Source: Anaeramoeba ignava BMAN (Eukaryota > Protista > Anaeramoebae). Taken from it: DNA of 64,000 nt. Below, one piece after another: positions 63,434-64,000 of the stretch (position 1 is the first letter of the stretch; the number at the start of each line of letters is the position of its first letter). The position numbers and the translations under genes were made by a program. The DNA lies in contig JAPDFW010000081.1 of NCBI GenBank assembly GCA_028826165.1, positions 992,001 to 1,056,000 of the forward strand, given 5' to 3'. The notes under the pieces are model-generated. The model had not been told where the DNA came from. It was given only the letters and a program-made list of their open reading frames with translations, and ran no database searches.

Positions 63434-63460
63434 ATTCTAATTCAAAATTGATAAAAAATA

Positions 63461-63533
63461 TGAGGTTAACAAGATTTGAACTTGCACCTTCAATTTATTA
63501 ACTTGACGAACTTCCTTTTTATTCCATAACCTC
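63461..63533 (-). tRNA. Divergent tRNA-Ile (anticodon AAT)
   Basis: The minus strand folds as GAGGTTA TG GAAT-AAAAAGGAA-GTTC G TCAAG-TTAATAA-ATTGA AGGT GCAAG-TTCAAAT-CTTGT TAACCTC A (73 nt). It has a perfect 7-bp acceptor stem, box B GTTCAAATC and a downstream T6 terminator. Confidence 0.75.
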
Positions 63534-64000
63534 AAAAAATCTTTTCAAAAAAATATTCCTTTTTCTTTCTTCATTTTTTTCATTTTTTCATTTTTTTCAT
63601 TTTTTCATTTTTTCTTTCTTCATTTTTTTAAATGAATTTAAATTCTCAAAAAAAATTTAAAATTTCAACAAATATTCCTTCTAAATCAATTTTAAATTAT
63701 TTTGCTTTTTTTATAATCAAATTATCCGAAATTTGTTGGTTTATTTATTTTTCAATCTTTTCTTCATTTTATTTTGTTTCTATTTTTGAAAAATTTTTAA
63801 TTGAAAAAATTGGAAATCAACCAAAAAAATGGAAAATGTTTTTTTTCTTTTTAATAATTTCCTTATTTTTATTCCCAAAAATACAAAACGATATCAATTC
63901 AAAGAAACAAACAGAAACAAAAAGTATTAATATATTTAATTTTATTGTAGATTTTCTTGCAAATAAAATTATTGAAAAAAAAAAAAATAAAAATAAAAAA

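Overview
This is an extremely AT-rich, gene-dense, intron-containing eukaryotic (protist) nuclear region. The (AATCAA)n Asn-Gln tracts, tandem-BTB and ankyrin proteins, and an intein in a nuclear gene are consistent with an Anaeramoeba-like metamonad; that assignment is an inference. About 21 protein-coding genes were reconstructed by hand across GT-AG introns: PH-domain protein (partial), Rab5, a long coiled-coil protein, ankyrin-BTB-BTB, TOG/CLASP-like, DUF4139-like, METTL13/EEF1AKMT4-like methyltransferase, DNA polymerase alpha, bZIP, HDAC1/Rpd3, an orphan, VPS9 GEF, ankyrin-FN3-PARP-like, UBR N-recognin E3, GH30 glucosylceramidase, CDC48/AFG2-like AAA, ZC3HC1/NIPA, Aha1-N, snapin/pallidin, SKI3 and a PfkB kinase. 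One divergent tRNA-Ile(AAT) is also present. Main finding: in both otherwise unrelated ankyrin genes, the variable beta-hairpin-tip residues of each repeat (the 'xx' of DxxGxTPLH) are encoded by their own micro-exons. There are 14 exons of 3 nt and 2 of 6 nt, each flanked by AG and GT, and none is visible in the ORF track. Second finding: a 395-aa intein resembling giant-virus PolB inteins sits in the YGD|TDS catalytic motif of Pol alpha. Many apparent frameshifts lie in homopolymers or microsatellites and are probably assembly errors.
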